NCBI GenBank assembly: GCA_963796105.1
Contig: CAWCKJ010000004.1
Span: 192,001 to 256,000, forward strand
Length of the DNA stretch: 64,000 bases
Source: a candidate division FCPU426 bacterium
GTDB lineage: Bacteria; Oederibacteriota; Muellerivitia; Muellerivitales; Muellerivitaceae
Direction of reading: 5' to 3'
Shown here: positions 1 to 9,944 of the stretch, in pieces
Layout of the letters: every line of letters starts with the position of its first letter
Numbering within the stretch: position 1 is the first letter of the stretch
The notes under the pieces: generated by a model
The model's input: only the letters and a program-made list of their open reading frames with translations
Databases searched by the model: none
What the model was told of the DNA's origin: nothing
Translations under genes and position numbers: made by a program

Positions 1-505
1 CCTTTGCCCCTATTTCGATTCCTGCGTGGGGATCGATATCGCCCCCTCCATGCTGGAAAAAGCCGCCTTTTACAACCGCTTTCCTAATAAGTGCCAATAC
101 GTCCTCAACGAGAAAAATGATTTGGCTATCTTCCCAGCCGCCGACTTCGATTTCATTTATTCCGCCCTTGTCCTTCAGCATATGGCGCCGGAACAAGCTG
201 GCAAGTACATCATGGAATTCTTGAGGGTCCTGAAGCCCGGCGGCCTACTCGTGTTCCAGATTCCTTCCAAGCCCCGGTACCATCCCTTGCGCCTTCTTTT
301 AAAAAAAACGGTCCCAAAATCGATCCTGAGGATGTACCGCCGGCTGCGTTACGGTTCCGCCGTGAATCCGGATATCCAGATCGAAATGAATTTTCTTCCC
401 AAAAAGAAAGTCCTGGGTTTGCTGGCGTTAAACTCCTGTCAACTAATAAAAGAAGAGAAGGATTATTACTGGGTTAAAAAGATTATTACCCATTCCTCGC
501 ATTGA
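1..505 (+). CDS. Class I SAM-dependent methyltransferase, probably 5'-truncated by the window edge
   Basis: GIDIAPSML, FDFIYSALVLQH and EFLRVLKPGG motifs; motif I (GxGxG) is absent, so the start probably lies upstream of position 1. Confidence 0.8.
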   Translation, partial: LCPYFDSCVGIDIAPSMLEKAAFYNRFPNKCQYVLNEKNDLAIFPAADFDFIYSALVLQHMAPEQAGKYIMEFLRVLKPGGLLVFQIPSKPRYHPLRLLLKKTVPKSILRMYRRLRYGSAVNPDIQIEMNFLPKKKVLGLLALNSCQLIKEEKDYYWVKKIITHSSH

Positions 506-559
506 TCTTTTCAGCTGTTGTAACTCCCGCCTCATGTTCCTTTGGATCTTCCCGGACTT

Positions 560-1141
560 TCACCCATCAGGCGTTTTATTCAACTCCCTCATGGCGGCCT
601 CGGCTCCCCGGAGAATGAAACTCTCGATCCCCGCCGAAGCCCGCTCGACAGCCTCCTCAATCAAGGGCTTTTCCTCAGGCGAAAACGCCGATAAAACGTG
701 GCTTACGCCCTGATCCGGGGAAAGTGGTTGGCCCACGCCGATTCGAAGCCGCGGGAAGTCTGAACTGCCCAGGTGGGCGATCAAGGAATCCAAACCATGG
801 TGGCCGCCTGATCCACCGGAAGTTTTGAGGCGCGTCCTCCCCACTGGCAAGTCCAGATCGTCTGACACGCAAAGGAAATGGTCTATGGGGATTTGGCGGT
901 ATCTCAGGAATTGCGCGACAGCCCGGCCGGATTCGTTCATGTAGGTTTGAGGGAAGAATAAAAAGACTTCCCGGCCTTCGAGGGAATAATTTCCGAAAAT
1001 GGCCTCGCCCTTTTCCCGGACTTTGACAAACCGTTTGAGGACAAGGGATTCCACCACGCGGAAACCAACATTGTGGCGCGTGAACCGGTAATTCTCCCCG
1101 GGGTTTCCCAGGCCGGCGATCAACCAGGTTTCTAGGGGCAT
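560..1141 (-). CDS. pth: Peptidyl-tRNA hydrolase
   Basis: LIAGLGNPG, TRHNVGF, PQTYMNESG, GGHHGL, RLRIGVG; downstream of rplY. Confidence 0.97.
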   Translation of the reverse strand: MPLETWLIAGLGNPGENYRFTRHNVGFRVVESLVLKRFVKVREKGEAIFGNYSLEGREVFLFFPQTYMNESGRAVAQFLRYRQIPIDHFLCVSDDLDLPVGRTRLKTSGGSGGHHGLDSLIAHLGSSDFPRLRIGVGQPLSPDQGVSHVLSAFSPEEKPLIEEAVERASAGIESFILRGAEAAMRELNKTPDG

Positions 1142-1150
1142 AAGGGCCTC

Positions 1151-1193
1151 AAAAAAACACGGCCATTCGGGGTTTCCCCCGGATGGCCGTGTT
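1151..1193 (-). terminator. Intrinsic terminator after rplY, directly upstream of pth
   Basis: Long stem cacggccattcgggg/ccccggatggccgtg followed by a T7 run on the minus strand. Confidence 0.75.
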
Positions 1194-1213
1194 GGGTTGA
1201 AGCATCCCGCGGC

Positions 1214-1960
1214 TTACTTTTTCTCGGCAGGCTTCTTCTCAGTGGGCTTCTTATCGGCGGCGGGGGCCTTTTCGGCGGCCTCGCCTTCCTCTTTCTTCTT
1301 GGCCGTAATAACCTCCGGCTCGGTCCCGGGGGCGGTGGCAGCGGCGGCGGCTCCCTCCACGGTTGGAGTGGCCTCAGCCTTGACTTCCTCGGCCATCTGC
1401 GCGGCCACGGAAATCACCACAACGCCGGGCGACTGAAGGGGTCTCACTCCCTCCGGCAGTTTCAGGTCGGAAACGTGAAGCGAGTGTCCCACGGCCAGGG
1501 GGGTGGAGTCCACCTCGATCGCGTCCGGAATTTGCGTGGGAAGACACTGCACTTCCAAGGCGCGCAGCAGTGTCTGGAGGACTCCGCCGACCTTGACTCC
1601 CTCGCATTTGTCGGCGTTCAGCACGTGGATGGGAATCTTGATGCGGATTTTCTGGTCCATCTTGACCTGGTGGAAATCCGCATGGACGAGCGAGCTGTTG
1701 ACCTTGTGGTATTGGACTTCCTTCAGGACCGCCAGGACAGGCGAACCCTTCGAGCCGTCGATTTTCAACTCAAAAAAGATGTTCTCCCCTTCTGTTGAGG
1801 AGAGGATCTTTCCCAGTTCCTTCTCGGAAACCTCAATGGATTGGTTGGTCTCGTTCCGGCCGTACACTTCCGCCGGCACGAATCCGCTCGAGCGAAGGCG
1901 GCGGGCCCGACTGCTTCCCCGGTCCGTCCGAATTTTCGCGTTTAAAGGTACTTGTTTCAT
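1214..1960 (-). CDS. rplY: 50S ribosomal protein L25 / general stress protein Ctc
   Basis: RRLR..GFVPAEVYG, HADF, GVKVGGVL, SLHVSDL; Ala/Glu/Lys-rich tail; follows prs. Confidence 0.96.
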   Translation of the reverse strand: MKQVPLNAKIRTDRGSSRARRLRSSGFVPAEVYGRNETNQSIEVSEKELGKILSSTEGENIFFELKIDGSKGSPVLAVLKEVQYHKVNSSLVHADFHQVKMDQKIRIKIPIHVLNADKCEGVKVGGVLQTLLRALEVQCLPTQIPDAIEVDSTPLAVGHSLHVSDLKLPEGVRPLQSPGVVVISVAAQMAEEVKAEATPTVEGAAAAATAPGTEPEVITAKKKEEGEAAEKAPAADKKPTEKKPAEKK

Positions 1961-2072
1961 GTCGAAGTTGCTCCTTCTGCCGTTTTAAATTTCAGGGCTA
2001 AACCAACAAACCCGGCGCCGTGTTGAAAGTAGGCCATCAGTCTGGCGCTTTATCCTCACGGTCTTTTTCGGT

Positions 2073-3035
2073 TCACAAATCGTCGAACAACGAACTAATG
2101 GACTTTTCGTTGTGGATCCGCAGGATTGCCTCCCCTAATAGAGGGGCCACCGGAAGAACCTTAATCTTGCCCACCCGCTTCTCCGGGGGAAGAGGAATGG
2201 TATCCGTTACAACGACTTCTTTCAAGACGGAATTTTGGATCTTTTCCACAGCATTTCCCGACAAAATAGCGTGGGTACAGGAAGCGTAGATATCCTTGGC
2301 CCCAAATCGCACCAGGGCGTTGACCGCCTCGACCAGGGAGGCGGCGGTGGCGATCATGTCGTCCGGGATGAGGACCGTCCTGCCCTTGACCTCGCCAATC
2401 AAATTCATGGCCTCCACCTCGTTAGGACCCGAGCGGCGCTTGTCCACGATAGCCAAGTCAGCCCCCAGGCCCTTGGCGTAGGCCCGGGCCATCTTAATGC
2501 CTCCGACATCCGGGGACACGACAGTCAGGTCTTTCAGGTTCTTCTGGCGGAAATAGGACGAGAGGACTGGGTAGGCGTAAAGATGATCCACAGGAATGTC
2601 GAAGAATCCCTGGATCTGCTGGGCATGAAGATCCATCGTGAGAACCCGGTGAGCCCCGCCCACGGTGATGAGGTTGGCCATGAGTTTCGCGGTGATGGGC
2701 ACCCGGGGCTGGTCTTTACGGTCCTGGCGCGCGTAGCCGTAATAAGGAAGCACCGCTGTGATTCGACGGGCGGAGGCCCGGCGGAAGGCGTCGAGCATGA
2801 TCAAAAGCTCCATCACGTTGTCGTTGACCGGGGGACAGGTAGGTTGGACGATAAAAACGTCGCGTCCCCGCACATCTTCCATGATTTTGAGACGGATTTC
2901 CCCCTCCGAGAAGCGGGAAACCATTATTTCACCCAGGGGAACTTTTAAGGCATCGGCGATGTTTTTAGCCAGATCCCTGTTGGCTGTACCTGTGAAAATT
3001 TTCAAGCCGTCTAACTCCTCGTCCCGCGGACTCAT
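2073..3035 (-). CDS. prs: Ribose-phosphate pyrophosphokinase
   Basis: PYYGYARQDRK, DLHAQQIQGFF, VSPDVGG, DDMIAT; start moved to ATG 3035, which has AGGAG upstream. Confidence 0.97.
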   Translation of the reverse strand: MSPRDEELDGLKIFTGTANRDLAKNIADALKVPLGEIMVSRFSEGEIRLKIMEDVRGRDVFIVQPTCPPVNDNVMELLIMLDAFRRASARRITAVLPYYGYARQDRKDQPRVPITAKLMANLITVGGAHRVLTMDLHAQQIQGFFDIPVDHLYAYPVLSSYFRQKNLKDLTVVSPDVGGIKMARAYAKGLGADLAIVDKRRSGPNEVEAMNLIGEVKGRTVLIPDDMIATAASLVEAVNALVRFGAKDIYASCTHAILSGNAVEKIQNSVLKEVVVTDTIPLPPEKRVGKIKVLPVAPLLGEAILRIHNEKSISSLFDDL

Positions 3036-3076
3036 GATCGCTCCTAAATGAGTAAAAATAGAAAACCGGATTTTAC

Positions 3077-3100
3077 CACCAAGACACCAAGGCACCAAGA
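3077..3100. repeat. Three tandem 8-bp units CACCAAG(A/G) in the glmU-prs spacer
   Basis: caccaaga-caccaagg-caccaaga read directly. Confidence 0.7.
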
Positions 3101-3158
3101 AAAACTAAATCGCGAGTTAAGTCAAATTCTCTTTGAACCAAGGGTAATTCCGAGCGGT

Positions 3159-4508
3159 TTAATGCTTCTTGACCAGTTTGGCTGGAACACCCACGACAGT
3201 CGTTCGAGCCGGAACATCCCGGGTCACCACCGCCCCGGCTCCAACCACCGACTTGGGTCCGATCCTGACCGGGGCCACAAGGGTTGAATTGCTTCCAAGG
3301 AACGCCCCATCCCCGACCCGGGTTTCATGTTTTTTCTTCCCGTCGAAATTGGCGAAAACACAGCCTGCTCCCACGTTCACATCCTTACCCAAAACGGCGT
3401 CGCCCACATAGGAGAAGTGGCCCACCTTGCTTCCATTCCCGATACGGGCGTTTTTCAACTCGGTGTTGGTTCCCACGTGAACCTTCGCGCCCAGTCGGCT
3501 TCCTCCACGGATGTGCGCGAAAGGCCCGGCGTCGCAATGGTCCCCCAGATGGCTCTCGACAATGCGGGAGGCTTTTACGGTGACGCCCCGGCCCAGAACT
3601 GAGGAATCCACGAAGCTTCCCGGCTCTAACAGGCAGTCTTCACCTAGAACGGTCTCACCCGAGAGTTTTACGTTCCCACCTATAACCGTATCACGGCCAA
3701 TAATCACCCTGGGCCCGATTTCCACAGTGGAACCGTCCAGGATCGTCACCCCATTTCCCTGATGCTCCTCAATCCTCCGCAGGTTCAGGGTCCGGTGGGC
3801 CCTGGCTAGTTGAAACCGGTCGTTGACCCCCAGCACTTCGGACCGGTCCGGCACCATAAGCGCGTCGACCCTCTCCCCTCCTGCCAAAACCAGATGGATG
3901 GTGTCGGTGAGGTAATACTCCCCCTTCACATTGTTTGGCTTCAATTGCTTTAATACGGTTGTCAGGGCTTTTGCCTTGAAGAGGTAGACACCCGCGTTGA
4001 TCTCGTTGATTCTTCTTTCCTTCTCGGTGGCCTCCCTTTCCTCGACGATTCTTTCCACCTGGCCTTCGCTCCCCCGCAATATACGCCCATAACCGCAGGG
4101 GTCCTCCACCCGGGCGGTCAGGAGGGTCAGGGCCCCGTTTTGAAGCCGATGGAACTGCCGCAAGGCCTGGACCGTCTGGGAGCGCACCAGGCAGGCGTCG
4201 GCGCAAAGCACGAGAACATTTCCATGGAGGGATTTCAGGAAAGGAAGGGCTTGTTGGACGGCATGTCCCGTGCCGAGCTTTTTCTTCTGGACGATGGGCA
4301 CAACCCTTTTTCCCAAGTAACGGGCAATTTCGCCAGTTTTCGAGTCCACCACCGCGTAAACGCGGGAGGCTCCCGCCGACATGGCGTTTTGGAGGGCGTA
4401 TTCAACCATGGGTTGGCCAGCGATTTCATGTAACACCTTCGGAATCTTGGAGTTCATGCGGGTACCCTCTCCCGCCGCGAGAAGAATCGCCACTAAGGGT
4501 TCAGCCAT
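3159..4508 (-). CDS. glmU: Bifunctional UDP-GlcNAc pyrophosphorylase / glucosamine-1-phosphate acetyltransferase
   Basis: LAAGEGTRM, LGTGHAV, GYGRI, EYYLTD, hexapeptide repeats, HFSYVGDA; start 4508 has GAGGA upstream (alternative 4526). Confidence 0.97.
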   Translation of the reverse strand: MAEPLVAILLAAGEGTRMNSKIPKVLHEIAGQPMVEYALQNAMSAGASRVYAVVDSKTGEIARYLGKRVVPIVQKKKLGTGHAVQQALPFLKSLHGNVLVLCADACLVRSQTVQALRQFHRLQNGALTLLTARVEDPCGYGRILRGSEGQVERIVEEREATEKERRINEINAGVYLFKAKALTTVLKQLKPNNVKGEYYLTDTIHLVLAGGERVDALMVPDRSEVLGVNDRFQLARAHRTLNLRRIEEHQGNGVTILDGSTVEIGPRVIIGRDTVIGGNVKLSGETVLGEDCLLEPGSFVDSSVLGRGVTVKASRIVESHLGDHCDAGPFAHIRGGSRLGAKVHVGTNTELKNARIGNGSKVGHFSYVGDAVLGKDVNVGAGCVFANFDGKKKHETRVGDGAFLGSNSTLVAPVRIGPKSVVGAGAVVTRDVPARTTVVGVPAKLVKKH

Positions 4509-4589
4509 AGTTGTCCTCTCTTTCATGTAAAAGGATAAAACCGTCTATATAATAATCGAGAAAACAGCTAGTCATTCAGGTGAAAAGAA

Positions 4590-6680
4590 TTAAATTTCAG
4601 CCTTTCTGAAAAGCAATAAAAGGTCGGTAATCCGAATATTCCTTATTTCCGAGACAGGCCGCAAGCGGTAAACACCGTTGCTTCCCCGCATATAACATAA
4701 ATCGCAATATCGCTGGATGAAATCATCCAGCCGTCCCCATTCCTCTGTGTTTAAAGAATAGACATAGGGGTAGTCCCGGGATAGACGGATGCCTTCCCGT
4801 CCTGAAACGGCCAGGGCATCCACGCCTAATTTTTTTAGCCCTCGAAAAATCTCATCGCCGTTCTTGGCCTTTTTCGCGAGGGAAGCCAACATTTGCTCGT
4901 CGAATGCGCTATTAGTGAGGAAAGGCTGTCGGTAATAAAGTCCACGGCTGTCCCCCGCAACCAGGATTCGGGCATCAGCCGGAAGTATTTGGGCGCAGGC
5001 CTCAGTTAAATCGTAATAGGTGTTGGTAAGATCGGATTGGGCAAGATACTCGGAATGGAGTTCCGCTCCGAACCAGACTTTCTGGCTTTGGTAATAAACC
5101 GTGCTTAACCGGCAAAGGGAAAGAAAACCAATCAAACCGAATAAAAGAGACATGGTGGCCCAAGCCCGAATAATGGATTTCACCTTGATATCGGACAAAA
5201 CGCAAACCATGGCTATGAGGCTTAATAGAATCGCCGGCATCGCCAGCCTCAATTGATGCGATACACCGAAACTCGCAATCAGATAAAGAACACTCAATAA
5301 CGCGATTTTCTTGGCGGATTTGGAAAAGGAGAAGCGGAAGAATAAAAAAGGCAGGAATGAAAAAAGCATCGGCGCGATGGATTGGGTCAAATCCCTGATA
5401 AAGATCAATTGGAACCATCTGACCGGTGATTCCCCTGATCCCCAAACCGCCGCGTGATCCCCCATCAAGCCTTTGAGATTTTCCAAGGGAAGGCTTTTTC
5501 CTTCGAACAAGGCGGATAAATAGGGATAAAAGGGATCCCCGGTAAAAAAATAATTTTTTATCGCCCACGGGGATAGAACCCCGGCTATCAGCAGAACAAA
5601 CCAGATCCAGCCCCTGGCGGAGTTTGTCTTACCATGGCCTTTAAAAGATGAACTTAAAACAACGAGTCCAATGAAAATTCCAATGACTGCAGTGTATTTG
5701 ATGGTCAAAGCGGTCCCGCCAAGAATGGCGGCTGCATAAACCCAATTCGTTTCTCCCTTGGTCCAGCGCGTTAGTCCGTAAAAAAACAGGACAAGATAAA
5801 GACACAATAAGATGTCGACTTGAGTCGTCCAAACGGTTGATGATACTAGTGGAAAAGCTGAGACCATTCCGAAAACAAGGAAACCATAAGTCGTCCCGGC
5901 CATTTCCGCCACCCAACCCGACGCGGCTAGGAGAAGGGTTCCGGCGGCCAAAGCGTTCAGCGTTTTGGCAGCCTCGGCTCCCTGGAAGAAAAGACCGTTG
6001 AGAAAATATAGTTCCCCGCCGAACGGGTAATAGGAATAAAGGTTGGTGGGAAAATCTATAATTCCATGGTGAAAAATCCAATAACTCAATGTGGATAGGT
6101 GATAAGCCAAACTGTCGTAATAAACTTCAGGGACAGCGCCTTGGGCCAAAGAAAATATTCCCAAAGTAATTCCGAGAAGAAACAGCAACCGCAAGGAGAG
6201 TTCTTCTGGCAACTCGAATCGAAAGGCAGGACGCTTCATAAGAATGAATAAAAACTCAATAAGCGCTATGCCCCAAGCGAAAATGGCAATAAGGGAAACC
6301 AAGGGTTGGTACCAAAGGCCAGATAAACCCAGTCCGAGCCAAATGCTGTTAGCTCCCCCCACTCCCAGTGCGAAATCCATGGAGATTTTTAAAGCCCTAT
6401 TCCCAGTGGATAAACCCAGCCACTTTCTAAAACGCCTTCCCCAAATCACAATCGTCAGCCAGATATTCAGGGACAAAAGAAAGGTCTTTAGAAAATACAG
6501 ACTGTTGGATTGAAAGCGAAAATAAGTGGCTGATTTCAAGTCCGCGAGGAGAGTCTTGAGGAAGGCGAAATCGGTTATGGATGACCAAGAGAAATAATAG
6601 AAAAAGACTATTCCCGCCCATACTACACTCAGGCCCAATAATCCCTTTTTCCTCGCAGTCAAGTTCTCAGCTTTTCCCAT
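4590..6680 (-). CDS. Polytopic membrane protein, probable GT-C fold (ArnT/PMT-like) glycosyltransferase
   Basis: Many hydrophobic segments; YYDSLAYHL loop, KYTA, SPWAIKNYFFTGDPFYP pattern; soluble C-terminal domain. Confidence 0.6.
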   Translation of the reverse strand: MGKAENLTARKKGLLGLSVVWAGIVFFYYFSWSSITDFAFLKTLLADLKSATYFRFQSNSLYFLKTFLLSLNIWLTIVIWGRRFRKWLGLSTGNRALKISMDFALGVGGANSIWLGLGLSGLWYQPLVSLIAIFAWGIALIEFLFILMKRPAFRFELPEELSLRLLFLLGITLGIFSLAQGAVPEVYYDSLAYHLSTLSYWIFHHGIIDFPTNLYSYYPFGGELYFLNGLFFQGAEAAKTLNALAAGTLLLAASGWVAEMAGTTYGFLVFGMVSAFPLVSSTVWTTQVDILLCLYLVLFFYGLTRWTKGETNWVYAAAILGGTALTIKYTAVIGIFIGLVVLSSSFKGHGKTNSARGWIWFVLLIAGVLSPWAIKNYFFTGDPFYPYLSALFEGKSLPLENLKGLMGDHAAVWGSGESPVRWFQLIFIRDLTQSIAPMLFSFLPFLFFRFSFSKSAKKIALLSVLYLIASFGVSHQLRLAMPAILLSLIAMVCVLSDIKVKSIIRAWATMSLLFGLIGFLSLCRLSTVYYQSQKVWFGAELHSEYLAQSDLTNTYYDLTEACAQILPADARILVAGDSRGLYYRQPFLTNSAFDEQMLASLAKKAKNGDEIFRGLKKLGVDALAVSGREGIRLSRDYPYVYSLNTEEWGRLDDFIQRYCDLCYMRGSNGVYRLRPVSEIRNIRITDLLLLFRKAEI

Positions 6681-6833
6681 GGCGGTATTCTAAGGCAAGG
6701 AACCTTAACTATTTAAATTAAATAAACCTCGATTTATACCGGATATGAATAAAAGGGCTCGTAAGATTTAATGATCTCGGAATTATTTACGGGAAAGAAG
6801 AGAAGCTGTTCAAAATAAATATCAGATAAGAAG

Positions 6834-7502
6834 TTAAGGGCAAGCGGTGTAAACAAGTCTGAGATTATCGAGATAGACATTGCCTGTTCCCTTGGTTGTA
6901 TTGGCGTTGATGATGAGGTAAAGCTTTGTTAGGTAGGTACTGGAAACGACCCCATTCGCGGCCTTCAGAATTCCTCCAGCCCCAAGATTGATGCCCCAAG
7001 TCACAGACTGTTGTCCGCTGGTAATTGCGGGTTGACTGGAACAAATGGGTTGGTAAAAGGTGACGGGACTGTCGGCCAAAAGCATCAATTGGCTGTATGA
7101 GGCTCCAGCTAGAACTGTTGGGTCAATATAAATATCGGCGATCAGCTGGCTGTAATTATTCCAATTCTGTGGTGAGGAAAATGCTTCAATGTAAAACTGG
7201 TCGTTCCAATTATTAGGACCAGGTCCTGAACTAGCGGGAAGCGGATTGGTTATATCCAGGTCCAGGGACCACTGGCCTTGGGCAACATGTAATGGGGAAA
7301 GGGTTTTTGTATCGGTACTGCCGGTTATGTTCGAGAATTCCGAATTGCTCTCAAATCCATGAAATAGAAAAGGGGCACAGGGAGGTTTTGTTTTCATTTC
7401 TGTTAAAGATGGAACCTGAGTAGTGCATCCCTGGAATAGCACGATTAACGGGAGAAAACCCAAAACAATCAACCCCAATTTCCAGATTAATTTTATTCTC
7501 AT
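6834..7502 (-). CDS. Lipoprotein with a CBM-like beta-sandwich domain
   Basis: Signal peptide with lipobox FQGC; ends GNVYLDNLRL; resembles a module of the 40572-44531 protein. Confidence 0.65.
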   Translation of the reverse strand: MRIKLIWKLGLIVLGFLPLIVLFQGCTTQVPSLTEMKTKPPCAPFLFHGFESNSEFSNITGSTDTKTLSPLHVAQGQWSLDLDITNPLPASSGPGPNNWNDQFYIEAFSSPQNWNNYSQLIADIYIDPTVLAGASYSQLMLLADSPVTFYQPICSSQPAITSGQQSVTWGINLGAGGILKAANGVVSSTYLTKLYLIINANTTKGTGNVYLDNLRLVYTACP

Positions 7503-7565
7503 CGTTTCATCCTCATCTTTGGATTCCGATAAAAAAACGGAACCCCTTTTCCAGTGCCGGTCGTT

Positions 7566-9944
7566 TTAAAACCGAACTTCGTAACTCAACTCAATGAATT
7601 GGTTCACCAACGTCCCCTGGACAGGGTTTGTTGGCATCATATTTCCAGAAGTCCAATCATAATCAATGAAGATATTGGAATTCCGGTTGACCTTGAAAAC
7701 ATTAGAAAATCTCCAGCTTTGAATTTTCCCGTCCAATTGGACAGGCGAGTAAAGGGTTAGGTCCGCATTATCATACAAATAGGAATACCGGACCCAAAGC
7801 GTGCCACCCAAACCTTCCTCGATCCCCTTGGCGGTCTGTTGGCTGAAAGCCGCCGAAATTTCCCATACTGGCAGTAGATCCACTCGGATTCCCCCGATGA
7901 TCCAAGTACTATCGAGAGAGCCCAAATCGCTGGTGGTCCGCTCGTATCGGACGTTGGTTCCCAATTCCAAATCCCGATCCCAACCCAAATAAGGGCCCAG
8001 GTTGAAGGAGGGGCCCACGTTGATGTATGTGAAATTACGAGTCAACACTTGGTTCGTGTTATACCAGCCGTCCACCGGAGCATAACCAGTTCCTGTGGTA
8101 TTGATCACCATATTGCCGGTCATTTCTTTGACCAAATAGGCAGACCCCTTAATTTTCAGTGAATCCTTATTTAAAGTTTTCAGATCAATATCCAACCCGA
8201 ACCCTTCCCGATTCGGAGTAGCCAATCCATAAGGGAAAGTATTGTCCTGGGTGCGATCGTAATACCCGAAAATGGCTCCAGGCCGTGGTACATTCGATAG
8301 GAAATACTGGCTCCTTAGAACCGGATCATAAAGATCAGGAGAAGTAATAAAACTTGAGCCAGAGTTGGCCGCATCTTGGCGAGTTTGAGCCAGGGGCGAA
8401 TAATAATAAGGCCCAACATTCAAATAATTTAACGAAACCTTAGAATTAGCGAATTGCAGATAAGGCCCTGCCATGACCGCAAAATCCCCGATCATGCGGT
8501 TCGGATCTCTCTTGTCGTCCTGGTAACGGGAATAAGCGTATTCAGCCATTCCGCCAACGTAGCACTCATCCCCCAGCCCTACCTTTACATCAGGCCTTAC
8601 ACTTCCGGTCAGATATTGATGGGCCCAAGTCAATGGATTCATCGGATCGTACGGGGAACCAGGTTGCTCGGTATCCAACGGTTCGTCCAGGATGAGACCG
8701 AAGGTATCCAGACTCAGTTGGAGGGTATTGGAACCCAACATCCATTGAGGGGTCTTCAAACCTGCTGATCCGCCGAAAATCCAATCCGTGTATTGGTTGG
8801 GGCCGTAATACCAGCCCCCGTTGTCACTAAACCCATTTCGAATCATATGTATGAAAGTTGAAACCTTCAGTAATTCCAACAGATCCGAATCAGGCCACAT
8901 CAAGGATTCCCCTAGTCTCAAACCACGGAAAGGCCAATAAGGCTCGTTGTTGAAAAAACTCTCGTACTTCTCGCGGGAGTCCCACCTGGCCCACATTTCG
9001 GGCATGTATTTTAAATCCAACGTGTTGCGGTTCCACAAGGTGAAAGGAGTGTAAGCCTCGTCAAAATCACCTAAGGTAGCTGAGAGCCAGGAAGGATTAA
9101 AATCTAGGGATATACGACGGACACTGAATGAAAAATCAGAATTAGACGGTAAAAAATTTGAACCAATTCTAAAAATAACATTCCAGCGCACTTCTTTGGA
9201 GATTGTACCCTCGGGTTGTAAATCTAAAAAACCATAAGTATTCCTCGCGCCCATCAATCCAACATCATCGCCGGAAGATTGTTGTGTAAATCCAAGCCCC
9301 AGTCCATAACCATGCACCGCGATGGTTGGATATTGGGAAATTCCCTTAAGCTTCTTCCTCAAATCATACTGCTCGGATTCAAAGTCGGCAGTTTTAGTCT
9401 TGAGAGCCTTCAACTTGTCTTTCAATTCCTGAAGCTCATAACTGTATGCTTCTTCTAGGCTATGAAGGGCTTTGGCGGCTTTCAGGCGGGCTTGCTCCCG
9501 TTCGGCCGGCGTTGAAGCAACTGGTCCTGTGTTGGACGCCGGAGCCGCCTCAGTCTCTTGCGTCGGAAGCAGCATGTCTTCCTGATCGGAGGCACTTGGA
9601 GTCACCGCCGCCTGAGCCAATATGATTGCACTGGAGGTTTTCTCCGCCTTTTGGATTAACTGGACCACATCGAAGCGGGTCAAACTGGATGGAGTAACAT
9701 CCTTGTTGGAAAGCCAACCTGCTTGGGCCAATTGTTTCAATTCTGTATAGGTGGGATCCCCAACTGATACAACGCCAAAAAGATTACTTGAGGGAATTCC
9801 AAGCGCAAACAACGGCATGCATAAAAATAAAATGAACGAGCAAAAAAATGGCCCCATTTGGGCAAATCGGAAATATTTGTTTTTTCTTACCACGATTCGC
9901 GAAGTCTCCTGATTAGAGTATTTTTCATCAGAAGGATGTTTCAC
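7566..9944 (-). CDS. Putative outer-membrane protein: SLH-like N-terminus, coiled coil, beta-barrel (third of three)
   Basis: DPTYTELKQLAQAG...LTRFDVVQLI SLH-like segment, heptad helix, amphipathic strands, C-terminal ELSYEVRF; true start may be downstream of the GTG. Confidence 0.65.
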   Translation of the reverse strand: MKHPSDEKYSNQETSRIVVRKNKYFRFAQMGPFFCSFILFLCMPLFALGIPSSNLFGVVSVGDPTYTELKQLAQAGWLSNKDVTPSSLTRFDVVQLIQKAEKTSSAIILAQAAVTPSASDQEDMLLPTQETEAAPASNTGPVASTPAEREQARLKAAKALHSLEEAYSYELQELKDKLKALKTKTADFESEQYDLRKKLKGISQYPTIAVHGYGLGLGFTQQSSGDDVGLMGARNTYGFLDLQPEGTISKEVRWNVIFRIGSNFLPSNSDFSFSVRRISLDFNPSWLSATLGDFDEAYTPFTLWNRNTLDLKYMPEMWARWDSREKYESFFNNEPYWPFRGLRLGESLMWPDSDLLELLKVSTFIHMIRNGFSDNGGWYYGPNQYTDWIFGGSAGLKTPQWMLGSNTLQLSLDTFGLILDEPLDTEQPGSPYDPMNPLTWAHQYLTGSVRPDVKVGLGDECYVGGMAEYAYSRYQDDKRDPNRMIGDFAVMAGPYLQFANSKVSLNYLNVGPYYYSPLAQTRQDAANSGSSFITSPDLYDPVLRSQYFLSNVPRPGAIFGYYDRTQDNTFPYGLATPNREGFGLDIDLKTLNKDSLKIKGSAYLVKEMTGNMVINTTGTGYAPVDGWYNTNQVLTRNFTYINVGPSFNLGPYLGWDRDLELGTNVRYERTTSDLGSLDSTWIIGGIRVDLLPVWEISAAFSQQTAKGIEEGLGGTLWVRYSYLYDNADLTLYSPVQLDGKIQSWRFSNVFKVNRNSNIFIDYDWTSGNMMPTNPVQGTLVNQFIELSYEVRF

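Noticed and set aside
3036..3158. tRNA gene between glmU and prs
   Set aside because: No cloverleaf or T-loop consensus; only a short tandem repeat
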